This document shows, piece after piece, positions 28,509-37,871 of a DNA stretch of 64,000 bases (position 1 is the stretch's first letter; each line of letters opens with the position of its first letter). Position numbers and translations under genes: made by a program. The stretch is taken from NCBI GenBank assembly GCA_964498245.1, contig CAZCGK010000001.1, positions 36,581 to 100,580 on the forward strand. The letters are read 5' to 3'. The notes under the pieces were generated by a model. That model saw only the letters and a list, made by a program, of their open reading frames with translations, did no database searches and had not been told where the DNA came from. The stretch comes from an uncultured archaeon (GTDB taxonomy: Archaea; Aenigmatarchaeota; Aenigmatarchaeia; QMZP01).

Positions 28509-30590
28509 ATGGGAATATTTTCAAGAAAGAAAAAATTATCAAAGGAAAGAAGCGGTATTTACATTCCGCTTGCAAGAAGGCTTCCAAAGATTTCTTCAAG
28601 GGAATATAGAATATTCAAAAGACAGGAAAAAAAGGAATTCAACTGGTATGAAAAGCTCGTAAAGTTAAGCGAAAGGTTTCTTAAAATAAACCCAGACGAG
28701 AGAACAAGAAATGAGCTTGAAAAAGCAATAGTATTTACAGGATTGAGAATCACGCCGGAGGGTGTGATGTCACTCTTTGTGGGAACGATTGTTATCTTTC
28801 TCCTTCTGGGATTGAGTTTTATTGTAACCAACATTCTGATTTTTGGTTTTTCTACCATGAGCATCATGATGGGTCTTATGATTATCTCCTTTGGTCTACT
28901 TCTTGGGTACTATTTTTTCAGATATCCAATAAACCTGGTAAAGGTAATGAGAATGAGAGCATCATCACAGGTCATTCTTGCTGTGCTGTATATGGTTATC
29001 TCTATGAGATTGACACCTAATCTTGAAAAAGCATTGCAGTTTGCTGCTGCAAACATTTCCGGAGAACTTGCATACGATATGAGAAGATTCTTATGGGATA
29101 TAGAAATGGGTAAATACTACTCTGCATCTGAGGCTCTTTCGGATTATATAGCGAAGTGGAAACCGGAAAATGAAGAATTTGCAGAGGCTTTAAGGCTTAT
29201 CAGGGATTCGCAATCACATCCACCGGATAAAGCAAAGGTGGTTCTGGACCAGGCACTTGATGTCATATTAGAAGGTACCAAAACCAGAATGAAGCATTAT
29301 TCTCAGGATCTTCAACTTCCGGTAAATGTGATACATATGCTTGGAATTTTGCTTCCTATATTGGGAACCATTATGGCGCCTCTTGCAGCAGTGTTCATGT
29401 CCGATATCATAACACCATGGCATTTCGTTATCGGTTATGATATTATTCTACCTGTGGTTATACTGTGGTTTATAAACACAACCTTGAGCAAAAGACCTGT
29501 TACGTTCTCTAAAGTAGATATATCACACCATCCTGATCTCCCTCCAGAGGGAACATTTTATGTAGGAAAGAGAAGTTTGGTTCCTGTTTTGCCCGTAGCA
29601 CTTTTTGTACTGATGGTATTTTTGATATATCCATTGTACTTCTTCTTCCAAAACCCGGAGCTTCTTATGTCAGGTGAAGGAGGACACACTGTCTTTTCCA
29701 TGATGATGTCTGGATTAATAATTCTTGGTATTGGTTTTTCTCTTGCAGTGTATTTTGTTCTATCAAACTATCAGAGGTACAGGATATATAATGATATACA
29801 GAAAACGGAAAGTGAATTTGAGCTTGCTTTGTTTCAGCTGGGAAACCGAATATCCGGAGGAACACCCACGGAACTTGCTATAGAAAGGTGTATAGAGGAT
29901 GTTAAGGATTTGGAAATAGCCAATCTTTTCAGGCTAACCCTGAGAAACATACGTTCTTTGGGAATGACTTTTAGAGAAGCCTTATTTAACAGGAGATGGG
30001 GAGCTTTGAGATACTATCCTTCTCATCTTATAAGGAATGTGATGTATGTAGTTGTTGATACAGCAAGGACGGGTGTTAGATATGCAGCAGAAAGCATGTT
30101 GAGAATTTCGAAATATCTGAAAAATGTGAGAGAAACTCAGGAATACATAAGAGAGCTTCTTTCTGAGACCGTTTCTTCCATGAAGTTTCAGGCATATTTT
30201 CTTACACCTCTAATCACAGGTCTCATAGTATCCATGGCTGATGTGATAGTAAAGGTTCTGGCAACTCTAGGTTGCTATCTTGAAAGTATGGTTACGGGAG
30301 AAACAAATGTTTTTGGCGGAATAGTCAATCTTTTCGGAACAGGTTCTCCCATATCTCCAGAGGTTTTTCAGATAATAGTTGGAATATATCTCATAGAAGT
30401 AATAATGATTCTCGGTATATTTATCACGAGAATAAGTGTTGGTGAAAATAAAATAGTGCAGTGGTACACCGTGGGTAAGATGCTTGCCATAGGTGTTACC
30501 ATATACTTTATGGTTGCTATTACATCAAGCAGCATATTTGGAGAATTGATATCCAAGGCGCTTTCGGATATTGGTGCTGGGGTCTGCTAA
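28509..30590 (+). CDS. Type II/IV secretion platform membrane protein (two T2SSF/TadB-C-like domains)
   Basis: Multi-TM; YMVISMRLTPNLEKAL..AA, ALFQLGNRISGG.P.E.A. Confidence 0.75.
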   Translation: MGIFSRKKKLSKERSGIYIPLARRLPKISSREYRIFKRQEKKEFNWYEKLVKLSERFLKINPDERTRNELEKAIVFTGLRITPEGVMSLFVGTIVIFLLLGLSFIVTNILIFGFSTMSIMMGLMIISFGLLLGYYFFRYPINLVKVMRMRASSQVILAVLYMVISMRLTPNLEKALQFAAANISGELAYDMRRFLWDIEMGKYYSASEALSDYIAKWKPENEEFAEALRLIRDSQSHPPDKAKVVLDQALDVILEGTKTRMKHYSQDLQLPVNVIHMLGILLPILGTIMAPLAAVFMSDIITPWHFVIGYDIILPVVILWFINTTLSKRPVTFSKVDISHHPDLPPEGTFYVGKRSLVPVLPVALFVLMVFLIYPLYFFFQNPELLMSGEGGHTVFSMMMSGLIILGIGFSLAVYFVLSNYQRYRIYNDIQKTESEFELALFQLGNRISGGTPTELAIERCIEDVKDLEIANLFRLTLRNIRSLGMTFREALFNRRWGALRYYPSHLIRNVMYVVVDTARTGVRYAAESMLRISKYLKNVRETQEYIRELLSETVSSMKFQAYFLTPLITGLIVSMADVIVKVLATLGCYLESMVTGETNVFGGIVNLFGTGSPISPEVFQIIVGIYLIEVIMILGIFITRISVGENKIVQWYTVGKMLAIGVTIYFMVAITSSSIFGELISKALSDIGAGVC

Positions 30591-30823
30591 GAGCTTTTTC
30601 TCCATAGGATTTTTCCTCTTTGCCTTACTTCTATAATTCTGTGAAGAGGTATGTAAATTTCTTTATTCTTGGATTTATAGTAAAAATAACCCTTTTTCAG
30701 TTCTGTTATCCCGCTGCCCTTAATGGTTTTTCTGTTTTCTGGGGCACCTCTGTGCACTATAATTATTTCAGCTTCATGCAATTTACCCTGCCACTTCAGA
30801 CGATTGAGAATCTGAAAGACCAT
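30587..30823 (-). CDS. DUF504 / MJ1316-like RNA repair domain protein
   Basis: ILNRLKW, HRGAP, IPLHRI. Confidence 0.85.
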   Translation of the reverse strand: MVFQILNRLKWQGKLHEAEIIIVHRGAPENRKTIKGSGITELKKGYFYYKSKNKEIYIPLHRIIEVRQRGKILWRKSS

Positions 30824-30865
30824 TATATTTTTTATAATAGGAAAATAAAGATTAAATAGAAGTCT

Positions 30866-31579
30866 ATGATGGGTTCAAAACAGAGTCATAAAGAAGGAAT
30901 TATCAAAAGACTTTTTTTTAAACCACAAAAAGAAAAAAAGAAGGACTCTGCTGTTATAAAAGACATAGTTCTTTCAGGGAATGATAACAGAGCATTGACT
31001 CGGGCTCCAGAAATAGAAATAAAACCTCCGGAAAGAAAGCGTGCACATATAGAAACTGTAAAAAAGAAGGAGGAAAAGCTGGTTATAAAGCCTAAAGAAA
31101 GCGGACTTGAAAGGAGTCTAAAATTTATAGAAAAAGAAGTGGATAAGTTTGCGGAGGAAGTGTTGAAAAATAAGGAGAAAATTCAAGAACTTTTTTCTCT
31201 TCAGAAAAGATTATCCATGCTCGAAAACAGGATTTATGAAATAGAATCAAAAAGATTCGGAGAGATGGATAAGGAATTAAAAAAATTGAAGGAAATGATA
31301 GATGAAACTACAAAAAGGGAAAGAGAAGTTAACGACAAAATGGCAGCAGAGCTTAATTTAATTAAAGAAGATATCAAAGCTCTCAAATCTTTAGAAGAGA
31401 ATATAAAAAATATCGGTTTGAAAGAGATAAGAAGGGAAGTTGAGATTCTTAAGGAAAAGGCAAAATGGATGGAGGAAAATATAGAAAAATTTGATATACA
31501 GCCGCTTTATAAACTAATAAAGGATATAGAAAACAAAGTAGATTTGTTAAAAATCTCAAGCCCAATGATACTGGAATAA
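30866..31579 (+). CDS. Coiled-coil hypothetical protein
   Basis: K/E-rich heptad pattern, C-terminal SPMILE. Confidence 0.75.
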   Translation: MMGSKQSHKEGIIKRLFFKPQKEKKKDSAVIKDIVLSGNDNRALTRAPEIEIKPPERKRAHIETVKKKEEKLVIKPKESGLERSLKFIEKEVDKFAEEVLKNKEKIQELFSLQKRLSMLENRIYEIESKRFGEMDKELKKLKEMIDETTKREREVNDKMAAELNLIKEDIKALKSLEENIKNIGLKEIRREVEILKEKAKWMEENIEKFDIQPLYKLIKDIENKVDLLKISSPMILE

Positions 31580-31613
31580 TGTTTATAAAATAGAAAAACC
31601 ATATAGTTATTTT

Positions 31614-32027
31614 ATGAAAAAAGTTCTTGTTGGGGGAGTGTTCAATCTGATTCACCCTGGTCACATTTTCTTCTTGGGAAGAGCAAGGGAGTATGGAGAT
31701 CACCTTACTGTTGTTGTTGCAAATGATAAGACGGTTCTTGAAAAAAAGGGTTTTCTCGTTTTCTCTTCAGAAGAGAGGCTGGAGCTTGTCCAGAACTTAA
31801 AGCATGTTGACAATGCGATAGTGGGTGATGAAAGAGATATGTTCAGGGTTGTGGAAGAGGAAAAACCTGATGTCATAGTTTTGGGATATGATCAGGAGTT
31901 TGATACCGAGGCTCTTGAGAGATTTCTAAAGGAGAAGAATATTCAGTGCAAGATAGTTAGAATAAACCAGAAGTTCGGGGATTACAGCACGAGAGAAATT
32001 ATAGAAAGAATAAAAAGGATGGATTAA
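31614..32027 (+). CDS. ribL: FAD synthase (cytidylyltransferase family)
   Basis: GVFNLIHPGH, VVVAND, LGYDQ, STREI. Confidence 0.85.
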   Translation: MKKVLVGGVFNLIHPGHIFFLGRAREYGDHLTVVVANDKTVLEKKGFLVFSSEERLELVQNLKHVDNAIVGDERDMFRVVEEEKPDVIVLGYDQEFDTEALERFLKEKNIQCKIVRINQKFGDYSTREIIERIKRMD

Positions 32028-32046
32028 AAAATAAAAAATAAAAAAA

Positions 32047-32133
32047 TCAAAACTCCTCGACCTCCTCATCCTCTGGTTCCTCATCCTCGTCATCGACGTC
32101 CCATATGTCCTCTTCATCAAAGAATCCTTTCAT
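32047..32133 (-). CDS. 28-aa hyper-acidic micropeptide MKGFFDEEDIWDVDDEDEEPEDEEVEEF
   Basis: Hand translation; GGTGA RBS upstream of ATG, TTTAAATA box about 45 nt upstream, long T-tract after TGA. Confidence 0.7.
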   Translation of the reverse strand: MKGFFDEEDIWDVDDEDEEPEDEEVEEF

Positions 32134-32192
32134 GCCTTCACCCACCACGAGGTTAATTGATTATAAAAACGATATGTATTTAAATGTTTCTG

Positions 32193-33431
32193 TTACAGAA
32201 GTAGAGCTGCTAAACCCAGAAGTGCGAGGAATCCCAAAACATCGGTTGCTGTGGTTATGAATATCGTTGCAGATGATGCAGGGTCCTTTCCCAATCGCTT
32301 CATTATTATAGGCACAATAGCTCCGAACATTCCCGCTATTATGAGGTTTATGATCATTGCTAAGCATACTATAAGTCCAAGTATCGGGTTCTTGTGAAGA
32401 AATGCTGCCACTGCTGCGACTATTGCACCATTTATTATACCGTTTATTGCTCCAGCAAGCATCTCATTTATTACAACTCTCTTTCCTACAATTTCTTTCA
32501 GTGTCAGGCCTCTTACGACCACAGCAAGGGTTTGTGTACCTGCATTACCGCCCATTCCAGCCACTATCGGCATGTAAACCGCAAGGAGAACGAATGCTGA
32601 AATGGTCTCTTGGAAGAGTCCAACGACCGAGGCTGCGAGAAATGCCGTGCCGAGGTTTATTATTAGCCATTTATATCTGTTTTTCACTTTGGTAAGTGCT
32701 GAATCGAAAACATCCTCTTCCTTGCTCACACCGGCAAAATCTCGTAATGTGTTTAGTGATCTTTTTTCTATAATTCTGAGTATGTCATCTGAATATATCA
32801 CACCGAGTATGCTATTATCATCATCAAGAACGACAATCTTGTTATGTGGATGTTTCTTAAAAGTCTCGATAACCTCTTTCTCATCTTTATTGTATTTTAT
32901 GGAAGGTATTTTTTTCACATATTTTCCTATTTTTTCTCTGCCTTTATGAAGTGCAAAGAGATAACCCGGAAGTTCACCAATGAGAAAACCGTTTTCTACA
33001 ACCAAAACCGCAGGGAACTTTCCTGTTCTTTTTTCGTGTTTCTGCACGAGCTTCAGAACCTCGCTGAGGGTCATGTTCTTGCTGACCTCAAGATAATCCA
33101 GACTCATTAAACCAGCAGCAGTATTCGGATCGAATTTCAAAAGGAATTCTACCTTTTCTCTTATATCTTCACTTAGTTTTCTCAGTATTCTTTTTCTTCT
33201 TCTTGAATTAATTCTCTGCAGTATATCGGTTACTTCATCCGGATCGAGGTAGTGCAGGAGTTTTATTATTTCTTGATCCTTGAGTTTGTTCAGAATCTCC
33301 TCTTGTATGCGTTTTGATAGCGTGAGAAGAATAAATCCCTGTTTGTTAACCGGTATCTCTCGGAAAAATGAAATTCTGTTTTTGGACGAGATCAGATTGG
33401 ATATCAAATTGTTTCGATATCGCGTCTTCAT
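32193..33431 (-). CDS. mgtE: Magnesium transporter MgtE
   Basis: MgtE_N, CBS pair (AAGLM), GMGGNAGTQ, DPASSATIFITTATDV. Confidence 0.93.
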   Translation of the reverse strand: MKTRYRNNLISNLISSKNRISFFREIPVNKQGFILLTLSKRIQEEILNKLKDQEIIKLLHYLDPDEVTDILQRINSRRRKRILRKLSEDIREKVEFLLKFDPNTAAGLMSLDYLEVSKNMTLSEVLKLVQKHEKRTGKFPAVLVVENGFLIGELPGYLFALHKGREKIGKYVKKIPSIKYNKDEKEVIETFKKHPHNKIVVLDDDNSILGVIYSDDILRIIEKRSLNTLRDFAGVSKEEDVFDSALTKVKNRYKWLIINLGTAFLAASVVGLFQETISAFVLLAVYMPIVAGMGGNAGTQTLAVVVRGLTLKEIVGKRVVINEMLAGAINGIINGAIVAAVAAFLHKNPILGLIVCLAMIINLIIAGMFGAIVPIIMKRLGKDPASSATIFITTATDVLGFLALLGLAALLL

Positions 33432-33509
33432 AATTATCCTTTAGATGAAACAGAATAAAAATCAAAGCTTAAAAGTCTTATTTCTCATTTAGTTAAGAGG
33501 GGGTTTTGT

Positions 33510-34433
33510 ATGAGGCATTTGGTTTTTTCCCTTGTGTTTTTATGCTGTTTCATACTCATTTCGGGAAGTGCGAAAGGAGTTGGTCTTAAATACTACGGAG
33601 TAGAGGATACTATAAACGAGGATTTGTCCGTAACCAATCAGATAGTCTTGAAATTTGATTCTCCGATAGCCCACTTGGATTACATGCTGGATTTCAAAAT
33701 ATATAACTTCAGATATGAGGCAGATTTTGAATTCGCTGATTGCGTGGTCACGGATATTAATGGAAAAAGCAAGATTTCTTGCGATTTCATAGGAATGTCA
33801 CGGGAGAAGAATACATTAAAATTGAAATTCGATACCCGAAATGTTATAAAAAAAGTCGGCAATAATTACAAGTTCACGGTTAATTACGGTATATCGCTTC
33901 CTATAGAGAGAGTTTTCGTCCTCATCAAACTACCCCAAAACGGAATATTATCCGGAAAGAATGTAAGTGAGTCTTATTTTCCAAGCACCGGGAACATTCT
34001 GACAGACGGAAAACGAATAATGGTTTACTGGGAAGAGGAAAATTTAAACTCTGGAGATAATTTGCAGTTTTCAGTTTTATACAGCATACCTGCACTTCCA
34101 GGTCCTATGTATAATTTCATAATAGCGCTTCTTACACTTGTTGTAGTTATTGCAATGATAGTGATTGCAGTATATATGAAGAGGCTTCCTGAAAACAGAG
34201 AAACGGTAAAAGAAATAGTGACATCTGTTCTGAATTCTGAAGAAAAAACAATAGTGGATATTCTTATGAAACATGAAGGCAGGGTGAATCAAAAATGCCT
34301 TGTTAGAGAGTCCGGATTCTCAAAGGCAAAGGTTTCAAGAATTGTGAAAAGTCTGAAATCCAGAGGTATAGTTGATGTGGAACCAATATCTGGAAGGGAA
34401 AATCGCGTGATACTTCGTATAGAAAAGCCTTAA
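33510..34433 (+). CDS. Membrane-anchored protein with C-terminal winged helix-turn-helix
   Basis: Signal peptide, extracellular beta region, TM helix, Q..LVRESGFSKAKVSRIV..L..RG..GREN. Confidence 0.8.
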   Translation: MRHLVFSLVFLCCFILISGSAKGVGLKYYGVEDTINEDLSVTNQIVLKFDSPIAHLDYMLDFKIYNFRYEADFEFADCVVTDINGKSKISCDFIGMSREKNTLKLKFDTRNVIKKVGNNYKFTVNYGISLPIERVFVLIKLPQNGILSGKNVSESYFPSTGNILTDGKRIMVYWEEENLNSGDNLQFSVLYSIPALPGPMYNFIIALLTLVVVIAMIVIAVYMKRLPENRETVKEIVTSVLNSEEKTIVDILMKHEGRVNQKCLVRESGFSKAKVSRIVKSLKSRGIVDVEPISGRENRVILRIEKP

Positions 34434-35908
34434 ACCTCAGGAATTTTCATGCATTCGCATAGAGCCTGCTTATGCACGAGGCATATGTATCTATTTTCTG
34501 TAATACCCAATATTATATTCTTGCCCTTGTATGTAAGGTTGAACATAGAGAGTATCTTGCTATTGGTTGCTTGAGTTATAATATTTTGAATCTGGGAGTC
34601 TTCGTATCTTTTCAATTTACCTGAAAGAATGATATCAGAATTTTCCATGAAAACGTCAAGTAGTGGTGGGCATTCAGAGCTTTCATTGGTTTCATTCATA
34701 ACTTCCATCAGCGCAAAATGCTGTTCAAGAATTTTAAGCTGCGAGATAAGCTCTTCTCTGCTTGTTCCTGATGATGCAAGTATTTCGTCTATTTTATTAC
34801 CGGTGTCTGGTATTTTGCTCACACCAATCACACCAAAACATGCAATAAGTATCACTAATATCATTCCTATAAGCATGGGGGGTCTTTTAAGCAGGGGTTT
34901 TCCTTTTATTTTTGTTTTCTTTCTTTCAGCTTCTCTGAGTTTTTTCTTCATTTTTTTCAGAAATGTCTTTATTCCGTTACTGTATACGATGTTTCTTGTA
35001 ATCAGAAAAACAGCGATTGCTGTGATTGAGCTTGTGATTATTCCAGCAATAAGAATGTTAATTTGCATGATTTCCAGAATAGTTTCGACAATTTCAATGT
35101 TGCTCAGAGTCACATACGGAGAGATTCCAATTCCGCACATAAGAGAAAAGAATCCTGTACCAAGCCTTGTAACAATCTTTACACCTCTGGGATAGTACTC
35201 TGGTAGTGCAAGCGTGGATATCCATCCGAAAAAAAGAATGAAAGAAATGTAGACAATAACTTGTACTGCTGGCAGAACAACTGAAAGCAGATCGTTGATA
35301 ACGGATGTTATAAAAATGATACTATGAAATTGTGAGTTTTTGAACCGTGTCTGAGCAGTTGATAAAAGCGAGGAGACTTCTTCAGGTGTGATACCTATTT
35401 CATTGTAAAACCTTTCCTGCATATTCGGGATTCCGGGAAAATTAGTAAAAGAAATGAAAGACAATAAGGCTACGATACACATTCCGGCAATAAAGCTTGG
35501 AGTAATTACTTTTGTCCTTTTTCTTTTGCTCAGTTTTTTTATCGTTTTTCTTATTCCATGGAAATTTGGCAGGTTTTCTGAAAGAATGTACAGTCCAAGA
35601 AATAGAATCAGGGATGAGATAATACCGTATAAAATGATTTCCATCTGAAGGATTTCGAATATCCTGCCAAGGTTAATCCTTGGAAGGATTGAAGAGAGAA
35701 AAAACCCGGAGAATAAAGCCAGCATTCCGAGGGGAAATTTTATCACGAGTTTTACATATTTGGGTGTATAGCTTCTATATCCTGAAACAGCAATTCTGCC
35801 GAGGAAAAGTGCAAAGAATGTAAAAAACAGCAGTTGTATAAAGAATGTGATGGATGGCAGGTTTTGGAGAAAATCTATCATAAAGGAAATAGTTTTTGAG
35901 AGCGGCAT
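34430..35908 (-). CDS. Multi-pass membrane protein with internal duplication
   Basis: Two similar halves (..EILQMEIILYGIISS / ..EIMQINILIAGIITS). Confidence 0.7.
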   Translation of the reverse strand: MPLSKTISFMIDFLQNLPSITFFIQLLFFTFFALFLGRIAVSGYRSYTPKYVKLVIKFPLGMLALFSGFFLSSILPRINLGRIFEILQMEIILYGIISSLILFLGLYILSENLPNFHGIRKTIKKLSKRKRTKVITPSFIAGMCIVALLSFISFTNFPGIPNMQERFYNEIGITPEEVSSLLSTAQTRFKNSQFHSIIFITSVINDLLSVVLPAVQVIVYISFILFFGWISTLALPEYYPRGVKIVTRLGTGFFSLMCGIGISPYVTLSNIEIVETILEIMQINILIAGIITSSITAIAVFLITRNIVYSNGIKTFLKKMKKKLREAERKKTKIKGKPLLKRPPMLIGMILVILIACFGVIGVSKIPDTGNKIDEILASSGTSREELISQLKILEQHFALMEVMNETNESSECPPLLDVFMENSDIILSGKLKRYEDSQIQNIITQATNSKILSMFNLTYKGKNIILGITENRYICLVHKQALCECMKIPEV

Positions 35909-35995
35909 ATTATTTCATTAGTTATTTTTCGTATTAAAATGGAATGGAAAACATTTATAAGCCTTTTCTATCACTTATATTTATCCGGTGAGTAG

Positions 35996-36451
35996 ATGGC
36001 AAGAATGCATGCAAGAAAGAAGGGGAAATCCGGTTCGAAAAGACCTTTAGAAAGAATAGCCCCTTGGGTTAGGTACAAGCCCAGAGAGATAGAAGAAATA
36101 GTTGTTAAACTCGCAAAGCAGGGAAAACAGTCAGCTGAGATAGGTCTGATTCTTAGAGATCAGTACGGCATTCCATCTGTTAAGATGTTTACGAAAAAGA
36201 GTATAACACAAATAATGAAGGAGCATGGTGTTTTTAACACACCATATCCCGAAGATATTTTCAATTTGATGAGAAGGGCGGTAAATCTTGCAGCTCACCT
36301 TGAAAAGTACAGAAAGGATTACGCATCCAAAAGAGGGTTGGAGCTTATTGAGTCCAAAATCAGAAGGCTTGCAAAGTATTACAAAAGAAAGGGTGTTTTG
36401 CCCAAAGACTGGAAATATGACCTTGAAAAAGCAAAACTTGTTGCAAAATAA
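35996..36451 (+). CDS. rps15: 30S ribosomal protein S15 (uS15)
   Basis: [36 protein letters not shown]. Confidence 0.98.
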   Translation: MARMHARKKGKSGSKRPLERIAPWVRYKPREIEEIVVKLAKQGKQSAEIGLILRDQYGIPSVKMFTKKSITQIMKEHGVFNTPYPEDIFNLMRRAVNLAAHLEKYRKDYASKRGLELIESKIRRLAKYYKRKGVLPKDWKYDLEKAKLVAK

Positions 36452-36454
36452 TTT

Positions 36455-36670
36455 TTATTCTCGGAGTTTTTTGAGGAGTTTATTTGCGGATTTTATAATA
36501 CAGGTTTTGCTTTTTCTTTCATCTGCAAGCCTTTCCAAACCCAAACCTATTACAAGCAAAGGTATTATAAATGCATAAGGTGATGAGTCTTCTAAAAGAA
36601 TGTAAACAGAAATAAAACCTGTGAGCGCAAACCATATCCAGAACAGTTTATCGAGGCTCACCAGATTCAC
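36455..36670 (-). CDS. Small two-TM hypothetical protein
   Basis: Two hydrophobic segments; last gene of parA-led run. Confidence 0.55.
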   Translation of the reverse strand: MNLVSLDKLFWIWFALTGFISVYILLEDSSPYAFIIPLLVIGLGLERLADERKSKTCIIKSANKLLKKLRE

Positions 36671-36830
36671 CCCTCAAAACCTTCAGAACAGATTCATCAA
36701 TTTTTCTCTCTCTTTTCAATTCCTCGATTTTTTTCCTAAGTTCGTTTATTTCATTTTCTTGTTTCTTTATTTTTTTGTTAATAATGTCTATTGCTTTTTC
36801 CAGAAATTGCTCTAATTCCATACCTCCCAT
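36648..36830 (-). CDS. Small coiled-coil protein
   Basis: Heptad K/E pattern; GGAGGT RBS-like sequence. Confidence 0.6.
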   Translation of the reverse strand: MGGMELEQFLEKAIDIINKKIKKQENEINELRKKIEELKRERKIDESVLKVLRGESGEPR

Positions 36831-36854
36831 GATTTAAGATTAATAAAAAGTTTT

Positions 36855-37064
36855 TTATTCATTCAGCTTGAATTTGTGATATAATTTATCAGGATTTCCT
36901 ATTATCGATATCTTTCCCTCTCTTGCGAGCCATCCCAAGCCTATGCCGACCTCCTTCACACTCAGGCCCGTACTTTTTTGAATCTGGGTAAAGGTTTTTT
37001 CACCTTCACTTAAGGCTTTCCATACCTTTCCTGCAAGGGATCCAAAAACACTGACAACGTCCAT
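36855..37064 (-). CDS. Winged-helix protein, DUF2582-like
   Basis: G..AGKVWKAL..GLGWLAREGKI; strong GGAGGTGA RBS. Confidence 0.8.
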   Translation of the reverse strand: MDVVSVFGSLAGKVWKALSEGEKTFTQIQKSTGLSVKEVGIGLGWLAREGKISIIGNPDKLYHKFKLNE

Positions 37065-37076
37065 TCTTCACCTCCT

Positions 37077-37835
37077 TTAATATCCATAAGACAGAAACTC
37101 CTTGGCAAGATTTCTATAGGCATATGCACCAATGCTGTTTTTTGCATACTTTATTATGGGTTTGTGATGATTTGGTGCGCATGCAAGATCGATGTTTATG
37201 GGAATTACAGAGGAAAACACCTTGGATCCGAATCTTTCTCTTATCATTTTTTCTATGGTTCCTGAAAGCTTATTCCTTTTATCAAACATAGTAAGCACAT
37301 ATCTAATAATACTAAGTTTGGGGTTTATTTCCCTTTTTATGGCATTAACCGTTTCCATGAGCTTTTCCATCCCTTCCACTGCGAGATAGTGAACTTGAAC
37401 AGGAACTATAACACCATGAGATGCTGTAAGTGCGTTTATGGTCAGAGGATCGAGGGATGGAGGTGTATCTATGATGATGTAATCATATCCCTTCTCGTTT
37501 TTCAGTTTCTTTTTCAATTTAAACTGCATTCCAACATCGTTAAGAAGCTCTGCCCTTACCGCGTTCAATCTTTTGTCTCCGGGAACGATAAACAGATTTT
37601 TCACATCTGTTTTATATATAATCTCCTTGAGCTTTGTGTCTTCCTGAAGAAGAAGATCGCACACAGTTTTTTTCGGTTTGGTTTGAAGAAGGTAGTGAGT
37701 TGCATTGCTTTGAGGGTCTATATCTATCAGCAGGGTTTTTTTACCGAGGTCCGCGAGACACGAAGAAAGATTTACAGCAACATCGGTTTTTCCCACACCA
37801 CCTTTCTGGTTTGCAACAGTAAATATTCTTGCCAT
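37077..37835 (-). CDS. parA: ParA/Soj family ATPase
   Basis: NQKGGVGKT, DIDPQSNAT, IDTPP, NALTAS. Confidence 0.92.
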   Translation of the reverse strand: MARIFTVANQKGGVGKTDVAVNLSSCLADLGKKTLLIDIDPQSNATHYLLQTKPKKTVCDLLLQEDTKLKEIIYKTDVKNLFIVPGDKRLNAVRAELLNDVGMQFKLKKKLKNEKGYDYIIIDTPPSLDPLTINALTASHGVIVPVQVHYLAVEGMEKLMETVNAIKREINPKLSIIRYVLTMFDKRNKLSGTIEKMIRERFGSKVFSSVIPINIDLACAPNHHKPIIKYAKNSIGAYAYRNLAKEFLSYGY

Positions 37836-37871
37836 ATCATTTAATAATAATTCTGTTTCCTGCTTATAAAA

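Noticed and set aside
31926..32120. 64-aa Arg/Met-rich ORF in the track
   Set aside because: Alternative frame of the acidic micropeptide; lacks the RBS and overlaps ribL
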